Numbered from the stretch's first letter, positions 22,214 to 32,326 are shown. The stretch: 60,701 nucleotides of DNA from an uncultured delta proteobacterium (GCA_963785725.1 CAWAWS010000012.1:1-60701); one strand, 5' to 3'. Program-made: numbers and translations. The notes: generated by a model not told the origin, from the letters alone.

Positions 22214-22633
22214 CTACAGCGCCGGAATGTACGCTTGCACGACGCGCCAGCGGCCGTCGCGCTCTTGCCAATCGTCACAGTAGGCGCCGACGTCGATCTG
22301 CTCCTGGCCTTCGACGCGGACGATGGCGCGTTGCATGCCGCAGACGGTGATGCGGTCGCCCCGCTGCTCCATCCGCAGCTGCTCGCCGACCACCGACTCG
22401 GTCGTGCCCGGCGTCGCCGGCACCGTCGCCAAGAAAGCGTCGCGATCGAGCGTCTTGCCGTCGGCGCCGAGGTAGCGGAAGTCGGCGGCCATCAGCTCGC
22501 GCAGCCGTGCCGTGTCGCGCGTGCGGAAACCGTCGTAGAGCGCCTGGTTGCCGCGCCAGACCTCGCGCCGCGCCGACCACGCCCCGCAACCGCACGCCAC
22601 CAGCAGCCACAGACCCAACCCACGACGACGCAA
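22214..22633 (-). CDS. NTF2-like (DUF4440/SnoaL-like) lipoprotein
   Basis: LMAADFRYLGADGKTLDRDAFL...WQERDGRWRVV; lipobox-like N-terminus; start approximate. Confidence 0.65.
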   Translation of the reverse strand: MRRRGLGLWLLVACGCGAWSARREVWRGNQALYDGFRTRDTARLRELMAADFRYLGADGKTLDRDAFLATVPATPGTTESVVGEQLRMEQRGDRITVCGMQRAIVRVEGQEQIDVGAYCDDWQERDGRWRVVQAYIPAL

Positions 22634-22681
22634 CGGCGCTCGCTCCTTGGCACATCTCGGTGCCGATGCTACAAACCGAGG

Positions 22682-23929
22682 ATGCACAAGGCGCTCAACG
22701 AAGTCGATCCGGAAATCGCACGCTACATCGACGCCGAGGAGCAGCGGCAGCGCGAGAAGATCCGGCTCATCCCGTCGGAGAATTATACGTCGGCGGCCGT
22801 CCTCGAGGCCTCGGGCACGGTGCTGCAGAACAAGTATTCCGAAGGCTATCCGGGCAAGCGCTATTACGAAGGGCAGCAGAACATCGATCCCATCGAGGCG
22901 CTGGCCATCAGTCGCGCCAAGGCGCTGTTCAACGTCGATCACGCCAACGTGCAGCCGTATTCGGGCTCGCCGGCGAACCTCGCGGTCTACCTCGCGTTCT
23001 GCCAGCCCGGCGACACGATCATGGGCATGGGCTTGCCCGCCGGCGGCCATCTCACGCACGGCTGGGGCGTCAGCATCACCGGCAAATACTTCAAGAGCGT
23101 CGCTTACGGCGTCAAGAAGGAGACCGGCCGCGTCGACCTCGACGAAGTGCGCGCGCTCGCCAAGCAGCATCGCCCGAAGCTCTTGTGGTGCGGCGGCACG
23201 GCGATTCCGCGCACCATCGACTTCGCCGGCTTCCGCTCGATCGCCGATGAAGTGGGCGCGATCTTGGTCGCCGATATCGCGCACATCGCCGGGCTCGTGG
23301 CCGGCGGCGCGCATCCGTCGCCGGCAGCCGTCGCCGATGTCGTGTCGACCACGACGCACAAGACGCTGCGCGGGCCGCGCGGCGGCATGCTGATGTGCAA
23401 GGCGCAGCATCAAAGCGCCATCGACAAGGCGGTTTTCCCCGGCCTGCAAGGCGGTCCGCACAACCAGACGACGGCCGGCATCGCCGTCGCGCTCAAAGAG
23501 GCGTCGACCGACGCGTTCAAGCAGTACGCGCAGGCGATCGTCAGCAATGCCAAGGCGCTGGCGGCGGCGTTGCTGGAGCGCGGCTACGATCTCGTGTCGG
23601 GCGGCACCGACAACCATTTGCTGCTCGTCGATCTGACCAACAAAGAGGTGTCGGGCAAGAAGGCGGCGCAGGCGCTCGACAAGGCCGGCCTCGTGCTCAA
23701 TTACAACAGCGTGCCCTTCGATCCGCGCAAGCCGTTCGATCCGTCGGGGATTCGCTTGGGCACGCCGGCGGTCACGTCGCGTGGCATGGGCGCGCCCGAG
23801 ATGAAGCAGATCGCGGCCTGGCTCGATCGCAGCGTGCAGGCGGCGCGCGGCGGCGACGAGGCGGCGCTCGACGTCATCGCCGGCGAAGTTCGCGAGCTGA
23901 CGGGAAGATTCCCTGCGCCCGGTTTGTAA
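22682..23929 (+). CDS. glyA: Serine hydroxymethyltransferase
   Basis: LIPSEN, NKYSEGYPGKRYY, GGHLTHG, TTTHKTLRGPRGG. Confidence 0.97.
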   Translation: MHKALNEVDPEIARYIDAEEQRQREKIRLIPSENYTSAAVLEASGTVLQNKYSEGYPGKRYYEGQQNIDPIEALAISRAKALFNVDHANVQPYSGSPANLAVYLAFCQPGDTIMGMGLPAGGHLTHGWGVSITGKYFKSVAYGVKKETGRVDLDEVRALAKQHRPKLLWCGGTAIPRTIDFAGFRSIADEVGAILVADIAHIAGLVAGGAHPSPAAVADVVSTTTHKTLRGPRGGMLMCKAQHQSAIDKAVFPGLQGGPHNQTTAGIAVALKEASTDAFKQYAQAIVSNAKALAAALLERGYDLVSGGTDNHLLLVDLTNKEVSGKKAAQALDKAGLVLNYNSVPFDPRKPFDPSGIRLGTPAVTSRGMGAPEMKQIAAWLDRSVQAARGGDEAALDVIAGEVRELTGRFPAPGL

Positions 23930-23937
23930 GATCGGGG

Positions 23938-24942
23938 ATGACCGCCGGAAACCAGCTGATGGCCGATAGCCCGAACAAGCTGATCAAGCGGCCCGACGAC
24001 GCGCTCTTGCGCAAGGCGGAAGCCACGCCGTCGCCGCCGATGGAGCTGGCCGAGAGCCTGGAGGCCGCGGCGCCGCGCACGTTCGTGCACGTCGATCGCA
24101 AGGGCCAGGTGCGCTCGCCGACGCGCTACAAGGCGCTGCAGGCGGCGTCGTACGGCGTGGCGGCGACGATCGTCGGCGGCGTCACCGTCATGTACGGCAC
24201 GCTGCTCGGCTTGCCCGGCGTCGGCATCGGCGCGGCGTTCGCGGCCTACTTCGGCTGGCACCATCGTCGCGGGCGCATGCTGCACAAGGCGACGGTGCTG
24301 CTGGTGCACGATCAGCTCGACGAGTCCGAGGCGCTGCTGCGCAAGGTGCTGTCGTCATGGCGCTGCCCGCGGCACGTGGCGGCGCTGGCCGAGCAGAACC
24401 TGGGCGCGATCTACAATCGCCGCGGCAACTTCGAGGAGGCGCTGCAGCATCAGCGCGCGTCGATGGCGCTGTACGCGCGCGCCAACGCCAAGTCGCCGAT
24501 GCGCCAAGTGGTCGAGTATGCCGAGATGATCGGGCTCGTAAACTTGGGGCGCGCGGGCGAGGCCAGGCAAAGGTTCGATCAGAAGCAGGGCAAGGTCCCC
24601 GAAGGCGACTATTTGCGGCTGCAGCACTGGGGCGCCGAGCTCTACATCTGCCTGGCCGAGGGCGACCATCGCATCGACTCCGAGCAGCTGCATCAATGCG
24701 CCATCGCGGCGCTGAAGATTACCGGCGCGGCGGCGCTGCTCGGGCTGTCCTCGTGGGCGCACTGGAAGCGCAACGATCTCGACCAGGCGTGGCACCTCTT
24801 GCGCGAAGCGTACGATCGGCAAGAGGGCGTGCGGCTGGAGCGCTCGATGCCGCTCTTGTGGACCTGGATGGAAGCGCACGCCGCCGAGGCCGGCGTCGTC
24901 GCGCGCGATCCGGCCAGCGACGACGTTCCCAACGACGACTAG
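23938..24942 (+). CDS. Membrane-anchored TPR-like protein
   Basis: Two TM segments, then helical repeats (NLGAIYNRRGNFEEAL). Confidence 0.7.
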   Translation: MTAGNQLMADSPNKLIKRPDDALLRKAEATPSPPMELAESLEAAAPRTFVHVDRKGQVRSPTRYKALQAASYGVAATIVGGVTVMYGTLLGLPGVGIGAAFAAYFGWHHRRGRMLHKATVLLVHDQLDESEALLRKVLSSWRCPRHVAALAEQNLGAIYNRRGNFEEALQHQRASMALYARANAKSPMRQVVEYAEMIGLVNLGRAGEARQRFDQKQGKVPEGDYLRLQHWGAELYICLAEGDHRIDSEQLHQCAIAALKITGAAALLGLSSWAHWKRNDLDQAWHLLREAYDRQEGVRLERSMPLLWTWMEAHAAEAGVVARDPASDDVPNDD

Positions 24943-24985
24943 CGCCTTCCGAGGCGCCAGTTGCGCCTGAAGTCAAAGCTGCTCG

Positions 24986-25477
24986 CTAGCCCTGCTTCTC
25001 CAGCGCCGGCAGCAGCTTCGCCAGATCGCGGCGCAAGCGGTCGAGCGTCATCGCGCCCGCGTCGCCGCCGAGCTCGAGCTCCAGCTCGTCGAGCACGTCG
25101 ATGCCGGCCACCAGCTGCTCCAGCCCTTGGTCGGTGAACACGACCCGCTGCGCCCGCGCGTCGGTCGGGTCAGGCTGCCGTTCGACCATGCCGCGCTCCT
25201 CCAGCTCGTCGACGAGCTGACCGACGGCCTGCTTGCTGATGCCGGCGCGGCGCGCGATCTCGGTCAGCCGCGTGCCGCCGAGCTCGATGTGCTCGAACAG
25301 CGCCGTATGCGCCGGCTTGGCCGACGGAATTCGCTGCTGCACGCGCGCCATCGCCTGCCGCTCGTAGAGGCGACCCGCGCGCATGAGCAGCTGCCCCACG
25401 CTCGCCTGCTTGCGCCGCTCGAGCCGCGCCAACAAGGCCATCCGCTTCTTCGTCGCCGTCGGCTCATTCGTCGCCAT
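24986..25477 (-). CDS. MarR family transcriptional regulator
   Basis: RLTEIARRAGISKQAVGQLVDELEERGMVER.PDPTDAR. Confidence 0.9.
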   Translation of the reverse strand: MATNEPTATKKRMALLARLERRKQASVGQLLMRAGRLYERQAMARVQQRIPSAKPAHTALFEHIELGGTRLTEIARRAGISKQAVGQLVDELEERGMVERQPDPTDARAQRVVFTDQGLEQLVAGIDVLDELELELGGDAGAMTLDRLRRDLAKLLPALEKQG

Positions 25478-25480
25478 GTC

Positions 25481-25585
25481 GTCAACCCTCTTGACCAAAT
25501 GATCAAGTCGCTTGACCAAATAGTCAATCACCTTTACCGTTTGGTCAACCCGCTTGACGATTTAGTCAGCCTGCTTGACGACTTG
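25481..25585. repeat. Five tandem 21-bp units, consensus GTCAA-N5-TTGAC-N6 (probable MarR operator array)
   Basis: Units start at 25481, 25502, 25523, 25544 and 25565; the array starts 3 nt upstream of the marR ATG. Confidence 0.8.
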
Positions 25586-25738
25586 GCCGGCCGGGCAGCG
25601 CCGCGCCTCCGGCCGCGCCGAGCGACTCGCCGCATCCATAGATGGAAAATGGCGGGCAACCGTCGCTTGGCGATCGGCGTCCCTCCTTGACACATTCGTT
25701 CACCACGCGGTAAACGGGTGCGCTTCCAAGGGGAACCC

Positions 25739-26269
25739 ATGCAGTTGCGCTTCACACTCACCGCCGCAGCCGTTTTGTGCGCCCTGGCTTCGCCGGCGCG
25801 GGCGGAGATCATTCAGCTTCTCGACAATACGCAGATGAACGGCAAGATCGTGCACTTCTACGACGGCACCTTCGCCATCGAGACCTCGGACGGCCAGAAG
25901 GTCGAGCTGCCGACGTCGAAGATCAAGTCGATCAGCTTCAAGCTCCCGGCGGCGCGCGCCGAATACAGCACGCCCGAGAAGACGTTCAGCCGCTATCACG
26001 ACGCGCTCGTCAAGAACGACATTCCCAAGCTGATCGAGTGCTACGCGCTCATGTACCAAGGCGTCATGGCCAGCGAAATGAGCCACGCCAGCGACGACCA
26101 AAAGAAGAAGATGCAGAGCGAGATCGCCGGCACGAAGCTGGAGGTCAAGTCGTCGAAGATCACCGGCAGCACCGCCACTCTCAAGGTCCAGCGCACCAAG
26201 GGCGACGAGGTCGAGACCGCCGACGTGCGCATGGTCCTCGAGAACGGCGAATGGAAGCTCACCCCGTAA
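25739..26269 (+). CDS. Secreted hypothetical protein with NTF2/DUF4878-like C-terminus
   Basis: Sec signal ending ARA; C-terminal MVLENGEWKL; TTGACA at 25687. Confidence 0.75.
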   Translation: MQLRFTLTAAAVLCALASPARAEIIQLLDNTQMNGKIVHFYDGTFAIETSDGQKVELPTSKIKSISFKLPAARAEYSTPEKTFSRYHDALVKNDIPKLIECYALMYQGVMASEMSHASDDQKKKMQSEIAGTKLEVKSSKITGSTATLKVQRTKGDEVETADVRMVLENGEWKLTP

Positions 26270-26291
26270 TTCGCGTCAGCGTCGCTGATTG

Positions 26292-29036
26292 ATGACCCGC
26301 GCGCTCGTCGCTCTATTCATCACCGCCGGCATCCTCGCCGGCAGCGCCGACGCACGCGCTGCCGTCGGCGCCATCGGCGATGTCTGTAGGGCCGACATCG
26401 ATTGCGCCGGCGACAACCTCTGCGGCGACGATCACCGCTGCGTCGCCAAGCCCGATCGCTCGGTCATTCCGCTCGTCCCGATCCTGCACTGGTCGTCGAC
26501 GCAGCACGGACATAAGCAGCGGCTCGTCTCGATCTTCGGCAGCTACGAGCGCGACGACAGCTCCAACTTGCGCCAGTCGATCGTGTTTTTCCCGGCGATT
26601 TACCACCGCACCGACCGCAAGCGCGACGTCACGGTGGTGCCGCCGATCTACACGAGCTGGTCGGCGCACGACGGCAGCACGGCGGGCACCATCGTCGGCA
26701 ACGTCTACTACAGCCGCGACGCGCACGGCTCGAGCCTGAGCGTCTTCCCGCTCTATTGGCGCTTTCACGACGATCGCCAGAACGCGACGACGCAGCTCAT
26801 CTTCCCCATCGCCGGCTGGCACCATCACGACGGCGCCTCCGGCGGCTTCATTGGGCCGATCTACAGCTGGTCGTCGTCGAACAGCGACTCGTGGGGCGCC
26901 GGTCTCGCGCCCATCTTGATGTTCGGCCGCTCCGGTCCGCGCCGCCACGCCATGCTGCTGCCGCTGTTCGTGCACTTCTCCGACGCCAGCAAGGGCTCGC
27001 AGACGACGGCGGTCGGCCCGGTTTACGTGCGCACGACGCGCGACGGCGGCGACGGCGGCCTGTTCCCGCTCGTCTTCATCGGCAAGCACGCGCACTCGAG
27101 CTACGCGTTCATCCCCGGCGTCTACTTCCACAAAGGCAACGACCAGGGCGGGCTCGACGTCATCGGCCCGCTGTTCATCGGCCATGGCCGTCGCTGGATC
27201 GCCGGCCTGTTCCCGATCTTCTCGTTCGGCGGCGGCGAAGGCAAGACGCACCAGGTGGTGCTGCCGCCGCTGTTCGTGCACCTGCACGACGACAAAGCCA
27301 AGACCGATCGGCTGCTCATCGGCCCGCTCTACCATCGCCGCGACGGTCAAGAGAGCGCCAACGTGCTCTTCCCGCTGTTCTACTTGCGCCAGTCGCCGGC
27401 CAACGCCTTCGGCCTGTGGATCATCGGCGGCCACACGCGCGAAAACGGCGTCAGCACCACCGTCGTCGGGCCGTTCATTCGCCGCGTCAACCTGCCGGCG
27501 CACTCGTCGACGACGCTGTTCTTCCCGCTCGTGGCCGTGCACGACGAGCCCAACTACAACGTGCGCGTCGTCTTCCCGATCGTCTGGCGCATCCACGACG
27601 GCAGCGAGACCGACACCGCCATCTTCCCGCTCTACTTCCGCGGCCGCTCGCCGACGCGCCGCTGGGACGGCATCTTCCCGCTCTTCATCCACGCGCACAC
27701 GACCACCGCCGACACGACCGTCGTCGGCCCGGTGTGGGTGCGCAAGCGGCCCGACGGCAGCCACGGCGGCGGCCTGTTCCCGCTCTTCGCCTTCAACAGC
27801 AAGGTCGCCGACGGCGGCAAGCGCGTGACGTGGTTCGGCATGCCCGGCGTCTACGCCGACAGCAACGAGCTCACCGGCAAGTCGAACCTGTGGGCGCTCC
27901 TCTTCTATCGCGCGCATCGCCCCGACGGTTACCAGGCCGGCCTCATCCCGCTCCTGTTCGCCTGGCGCAAAGGCACGACTACGCGCGTCCTGGCGCCGTT
28001 CTTCTATCACTCGAGCGATCCGACCAAAGACGTGGCGCTCGACTACTTCTTGCTCGGCTATTACGGCCACGAAGGCAAGGCGCACTACTGGGGCCTCATC
28101 CCATTCCTGTTCGAGTCGACGCACAAGGACGGCACGTTCGCGACCGGCATCTTCCCCATCTTCTACGCCGCGTCGCACACCGACGGCTCGACGTTCGTGT
28201 CGCCGGTCGGCGGCTGGATCACGCACGAGGGCTCGAAGCGCATCGCCATCGGCCCCGTCTACTATCGCCACGACGCGGAGGTCCACGGCGGCGGCTTCCT
28301 GCCGCTCGTCTACCACCAGCGCAACATCAACACCGGTGCGCGCACCAGCTTCGGCATTCCGCTCTACTTCGACACCCGCGGCGGCGACGGTCGCGAGCTG
28401 CAAGCGTACACGCCACTCGTGTGGCGCTATCACTCGGTCGAGTCGTCGACGATCGTCGGCTTGCCGCTGTTCCTCGACGTTCACGACTACGGCGAGGCGC
28501 GCTCGACGCTGCTCTTGCCGTTCTTCTTCCACGGCCACAACAAGGTGACGCAGACGACGCAATGGGTGCTGCCGCCCATCCTGGCCTGGTGGCAGACGTC
28601 GCCCGACGGCAAGGATTGGGGCTTCTTCCCCTTCATCTGGACGTTCGGCGGCAAGAACCCGACGACGATCGTCGCGCCGTTTCTGTGGGACTTCCAGCGC
28701 GGCGAGTCGCGCACGACCGTCTTCTTCCCGCTCGGCGCCAAGTGGCACCGCTCGGACGCCAACCACTTGCTGTTGCCGTTCGTCTATTTCAAGCGGGGCA
28801 TCGGCACGCGCGAGGGCATGTGGTACCTCAACATCTTCCCGCTCTTCACCGTCGGCCGCCCCACCGCCACCGACGTCGAGTGGTACGCCTTCGAGGGCCT
28901 GTTCGGCTACTCGCGCAAGGGGCGCAATCGTAACCTCCGTCTCTTCTGGGTGCTCGACTTCCAGCTGCAGCCGGTCAAAGCGCACGACCTGTCCTGGTTC
29001 GGCCAGACGCCGCCGAACCAGCGCGAAATGTTCTAG
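26292..29036 (+). CDS. Large secreted/envelope protein of ~45-48 hydrophobic FPLF-type repeats
   Basis: Signal peptide, 4-Cys motif, then repeated (F/G)-P-(L/I)-(F/Y) cores every ~16-19 aa; strong GC3 bias. Confidence 0.8.
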   Translation: MTRALVALFITAGILAGSADARAAVGAIGDVCRADIDCAGDNLCGDDHRCVAKPDRSVIPLVPILHWSSTQHGHKQRLVSIFGSYERDDSSNLRQSIVFFPAIYHRTDRKRDVTVVPPIYTSWSAHDGSTAGTIVGNVYYSRDAHGSSLSVFPLYWRFHDDRQNATTQLIFPIAGWHHHDGASGGFIGPIYSWSSSNSDSWGAGLAPILMFGRSGPRRHAMLLPLFVHFSDASKGSQTTAVGPVYVRTTRDGGDGGLFPLVFIGKHAHSSYAFIPGVYFHKGNDQGGLDVIGPLFIGHGRRWIAGLFPIFSFGGGEGKTHQVVLPPLFVHLHDDKAKTDRLLIGPLYHRRDGQESANVLFPLFYLRQSPANAFGLWIIGGHTRENGVSTTVVGPFIRRVNLPAHSSTTLFFPLVAVHDEPNYNVRVVFPIVWRIHDGSETDTAIFPLYFRGRSPTRRWDGIFPLFIHAHTTTADTTVVGPVWVRKRPDGSHGGGLFPLFAFNSKVADGGKRVTWFGMPGVYADSNELTGKSNLWALLFYRAHRPDGYQAGLIPLLFAWRKGTTTRVLAPFFYHSSDPTKDVALDYFLLGYYGHEGKAHYWGLIPFLFESTHKDGTFATGIFPIFYAASHTDGSTFVSPVGGWITHEGSKRIAIGPVYYRHDAEVHGGGFLPLVYHQRNINTGARTSFGIPLYFDTRGGDGRELQAYTPLVWRYHSVESSTIVGLPLFLDVHDYGEARSTLLLPFFFHGHNKVTQTTQWVLPPILAWWQTSPDGKDWGFFPFIWTFGGKNPTTIVAPFLWDFQRGESRTTVFFPLGAKWHRSDANHLLLPFVYFKRGIGTREGMWYLNIFPLFTVGRPTATDVEWYAFEGLFGYSRKGRNRNLRLFWVLDFQLQPVKAHDLSWFGQTPPNQREMF

Positions 29037-29144
29037 TACCTCGCCGCAAGCGGTCGCTCGCTCCTCGAGCTCACTCGGGGATTCAGGCAGTTTTCTTGCG
29101 CGCCGCCCATTGAAGCGCGGGCGCGGCGCATTCACAACCCGATC

Positions 29145-30392
29145 GTGGCTCGCAGCAAGAATGACGCGCTCACCGGCGCGCGCGCAATCGCCGGCGTCTA
29201 CATCCTCTTCATGCACTTCGGTGCGCCGCTCTTCCTTCACGCGCCGCAATGGGCCAAGACGCTGCGCGAATCGGGCTACATCTCGACGTCGTTCTTCCTC
29301 ATGCTCTCCGGCTTCGTCCTCACCTACGCCTACGGCAAGAAGCTCGCCGACGGTCGCATCGATCGCCGCCACTTCCTCATCCAGCGCATCTCGCGCCTCT
29401 ATCCGAGCTACCTCTTGGCGCTGGCGCTGATGCTGCCGTTTACGTTCCTGCACCGCCTCGACGCGCACGCCATGGCGTTCGGTGACGCGCGCCTGCGCTG
29501 GAAAGTGCTGACCGGCCTCTTGCACGCGTCGATGGCGCACGTCTGGTTCCCGCGCTTCGTCACGTCGTGGAACATCCCCGGCTGGTGCGTCTCGGTCGAG
29601 ATGTGGTTCTACCTCGCGTTCCCGGTCGCCGTCGTGTGGGCGCTCGGCCGCTCGACGCGCACGCTGTGGACGACGCTGGCCGCGCTGTGGGCGGTCGCGC
29701 TCACGCTGTCGCTCGGCTACACCTTCGTGCGCCCCGACGGCATGACGGCCCACGTCGACACGACCGCGTTCTACCTCTCGCTCTACAAATTCTCACCGCC
29801 GTCGCGCATCCCCGAGTTTCTGTTCGGCGTGATGCTGGGCGCCATCTACGCGCGGCTGCCCGAAGGCGAGCGCCTCGAAAAGTGGGCCACGCCGATGCTG
29901 GCCGCGGGCGGCGTGATCGCGCTCGCCGTCCTCATCAACGCCAACCGCGTGCCTTACACGGTGCTGCACAACGGCGTGCTCCTGCCGCTCTACGGCACGA
30001 TCGTGTGGTCGCTCATGGCCGGCTACGGCCCGCTGCATCGCGTGCTGGCGACGCGCCCGCTCGTCAAGCTGGGCGACGCCAGCTATCAGCTCTACATCCT
30101 GCAGGTGCCGCTCATGATGTGGCTCGTGACCTTGAGCGGTCGCACCTACGGTTACGATCGCCAGGACGCGACGTTCTCGGCCTTCGCGCTGCCGCTCGTC
30201 ATCGTGGGCGCGCTGTTGATCCAGCGCTTCTATCAGCCGCCCGCGCAGGAATTCCTGAAGACGCAGCTCGAGAAGCGCTGGCCCAAGCCGAAGACGGTGC
30301 CGATGATCGAGCTGCCGCTCCAGCCGATTCCCGAAGGGCCGCAGCCGGCGCCGGTCCTCGACCTCGCGCCGACGCAGCCGACGATCGCTTAG
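29145..30392 (+). CDS. Acyltransferase family 3 (OafA-like membrane O-acyltransferase)
   Basis: LTGARAIA..H, FFLMLSGFVL, RISRLYP, W.VSVEMWFY, LGDASYQLYI. Confidence 0.9.
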   Translation: MARSKNDALTGARAIAGVYILFMHFGAPLFLHAPQWAKTLRESGYISTSFFLMLSGFVLTYAYGKKLADGRIDRRHFLIQRISRLYPSYLLALALMLPFTFLHRLDAHAMAFGDARLRWKVLTGLLHASMAHVWFPRFVTSWNIPGWCVSVEMWFYLAFPVAVVWALGRSTRTLWTTLAALWAVALTLSLGYTFVRPDGMTAHVDTTAFYLSLYKFSPPSRIPEFLFGVMLGAIYARLPEGERLEKWATPMLAAGGVIALAVLINANRVPYTVLHNGVLLPLYGTIVWSLMAGYGPLHRVLATRPLVKLGDASYQLYILQVPLMMWLVTLSGRTYGYDRQDATFSAFALPLVIVGALLIQRFYQPPAQEFLKTQLEKRWPKPKTVPMIELPLQPIPEGPQPAPVLDLAPTQPTIA

Positions 30393-30419
30393 TCGCGCCG
30401 GCGCGCGCGACCGCCGCGC

Positions 30420-31088
30420 CTACTTGGCGGGCAGCTCGATGACGAGGATGCGAAAGCCGCCGGCGCCGTCTTCGATGCGCTCGTGATGCGTCGGCCGCTC
30501 CGAGCCCTTGGTCTTGATGGTGACGCGCACGTCGCGACCTTTGGCCGTCGTCGCCACTTCCTGCACCGCCGTCGCAAACGCGCGCACATCGAGCGGCCGC
30601 CGATTGTTCTTCAGCGGCACCGTCGTATTCTTCAGCGTCACCGTCAGCGCGCCCGGCCCATCCTCGACCTGATAATCCGGCGCCGCCGTCACTTCCAAGA
30701 ACACCGTCGGAATGCCCTCTTTGACCTGAAAGCCCGGCCACGTCATGCGCTGCGGCCCCTTGATCGGCAGCCGCGGCGGATGCGGCGGCAACGCCGGCGC
30801 GCCCGGCGCCACGCCGCCATATTTGCCTTCGGCCACCGGCTTATCGGTCAGGTTGAGATTGCCGCGCTCCTCCACGTCACGCGGCGTCTCCACTTTCTTG
30901 GGCACGCTCTTCGGTGCCGGCGGCTCGCTCTCGTCCTCGGCCGACGGCGGCGGCGGCGCCGGCTTGGGCGACTTCTTGGCTTTGCCGTCGGCCTTTTGGG
31001 TCAACGGCGGCGCCTCGGCGTCGTCATCCTGCTGCGCGAGCGCATTCGTCGAAGCCAAAAAGCAACAGGCGAGCAGCCACCGGCGCAT
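30420..31088 (-). CDS. Secreted protein with Pro-rich linker and AMIN-like domain
   Basis: Signal ending ALA; C-terminal beta-rich domain (LTVTLKNT..NNRRPLD). Confidence 0.65.
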   Translation of the reverse strand: MRRWLLACCFLASTNALAQQDDDAEAPPLTQKADGKAKKSPKPAPPPPSAEDESEPPAPKSVPKKVETPRDVEERGNLNLTDKPVAEGKYGGVAPGAPALPPHPPRLPIKGPQRMTWPGFQVKEGIPTVFLEVTAAPDYQVEDGPGALTVTLKNTTVPLKNNRRPLDVRAFATAVQEVATTAKGRDVRVTIKTKGSERPTHHERIEDGAGGFRILVIELPAK

Positions 31089-31117
31089 GCGGCGAGGATA
31101 CGCGCCCGTCGGCAGGG

Positions 31118-32326
31118 TCACAACTTTTGGCCCACCGGATCCTGCACCGCCGTCGAATCGGCGGCCTCATGGGTGAGGATGCGCCGCGCTTCGCCGATGA
31201 GGAAGATCGAGCCGGCGACGACGGTGCGCGTGTCGCCGGCGAGCGCCAACGCGGCGCGCAGATCGTCGGCGACCTCGGCGCCGGGCACGAGCGCCGCCAG
31301 CGCTGCCGGCGCCAGCGCGCGCGGCGTCGGCGGCGCCGTGACGATGACGCGCGCCGCCCGCGGCACCAGCGCCTCGATGATGCCGCGCGCGTCCTTGTCG
31401 GCGACGACGCCCAAGATCAGCGTGAACGGCGCGTCCGGCAGCGCCGCCGCCAACGCGCGCGCGCCGTCGGCGTTGTGCGCGGCGTCGACGAGCACGTTCG
31501 GCGTCAGCTGTTCGAGCCGACCGGGCCAGCGCACGCTCGCAAAGCCGTGGGCCACGTGCGTCTCCGACGGCTGCAGCGCCGCCGGCAGCGCGCGCAACGC
31601 CTGGCGCGCCAAGGCCGCGTTGCGCCGCTGATGCGGCCCGCCCAGGCCGAGCGGCGGCAGCCCGGCGTCGTCGAAGTCGCGCCCGTAGAGCTGCGCCGGC
31701 GCGCCGGCGCGCGCCGCTTCGGCGAGCAGCACGTCGCGCGCCTCGGCCGCCTCGCTCGCGAAGATCGCGGGCACGCCCGACTTGAAGATGCCGGCCTTCT
31801 CGCGCGCGATCGCCGCCAGCGTCGCGCCGAGCACGTCGGTGTGGTCGAGCGCGATGCCGGTGACGACGCTGACGAGCGGTCGCGACAGCACGTTCGTCGC
31901 GTCGAGCCGCCCGCCGAGCCCGACCTCGATGACGGCGACGTCGACGTCCGCCTCCGCCAGCGCCAAGAACGCCATGACGGTCACGACCTCGAAGAACGTG
32001 AACTCGCCGCCGACGGCGAGCACGCGCGCCCCCAAAGCGGCGGCGATCTGCCGATCGATCTCGACGCCGTCGACGCGGATGCGCTCGGTCAAGCGCAGCA
32101 GATGCGGCGACGTGTAGAGCCCGGTGCGCCGGCCGGCCGCGCGCAGCGCGCTCTCGACGAACGCCGCCGTCGAGCCTTTGCCGTTGGTGCCGGCAATGTG
32201 TACGGCCGCCAAGCGTTCGTGCGGATCGCCGACGGCGGCCAAGAGCGCGCGCACACCGTCGAGCCCCGGCCGCATGCCGAAGCGCCGCAAGGCTCCCAGC
32301 CGCGACAGCAGCTCGTCGTACGACAT
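31118..32326 (-). CDS. folC: Folylpolyglutamate synthase / dihydrofolate synthase
   Basis: HIAGTNGKGST, YTSPHL, EVGLGGRLDATN, DAAHN. Confidence 0.95.
   Translation of the reverse strand: MSYDELLSRLGALRRFGMRPGLDGVRALLAAVGDPHERLAAVHIAGTNGKGSTAAFVESALRAAGRRTGLYTSPHLLRLTERIRVDGVEIDRQIAAALGARVLAVGGEFTFFEVVTVMAFLALAEADVDVAVIEVGLGGRLDATNVLSRPLVSVVTGIALDHTDVLGATLAAIAREKAGIFKSGVPAIFASEAAEARDVLLAEAARAGAPAQLYGRDFDDAGLPPLGLGGPHQRRNAALARQALRALPAALQPSETHVAHGFASVRWPGRLEQLTPNVLVDAAHNADGARALAAALPDAPFTLILGVVADKDARGIIEALVPRAARVIVTAPPTPRALAPAALAALVPGAEVADDLRAALALAGDTRTVVAGSIFLIGEARRILTHEAADSTAVQDPVGQKL

Noticed and set aside
25481..25585. Mini-CRISPR reading of the 21-bp array
   Set aside because: The period is far too short, there are no unique spacers of ~30 bp, and no cas genes are present
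26313..29753. 1146-aa antisense ORF (and similar ones such as 39859..42687 and 48679..51549)
   Set aside because: Shadow ORFs opposite real genes, expected from high GC3; no recognisable motifs
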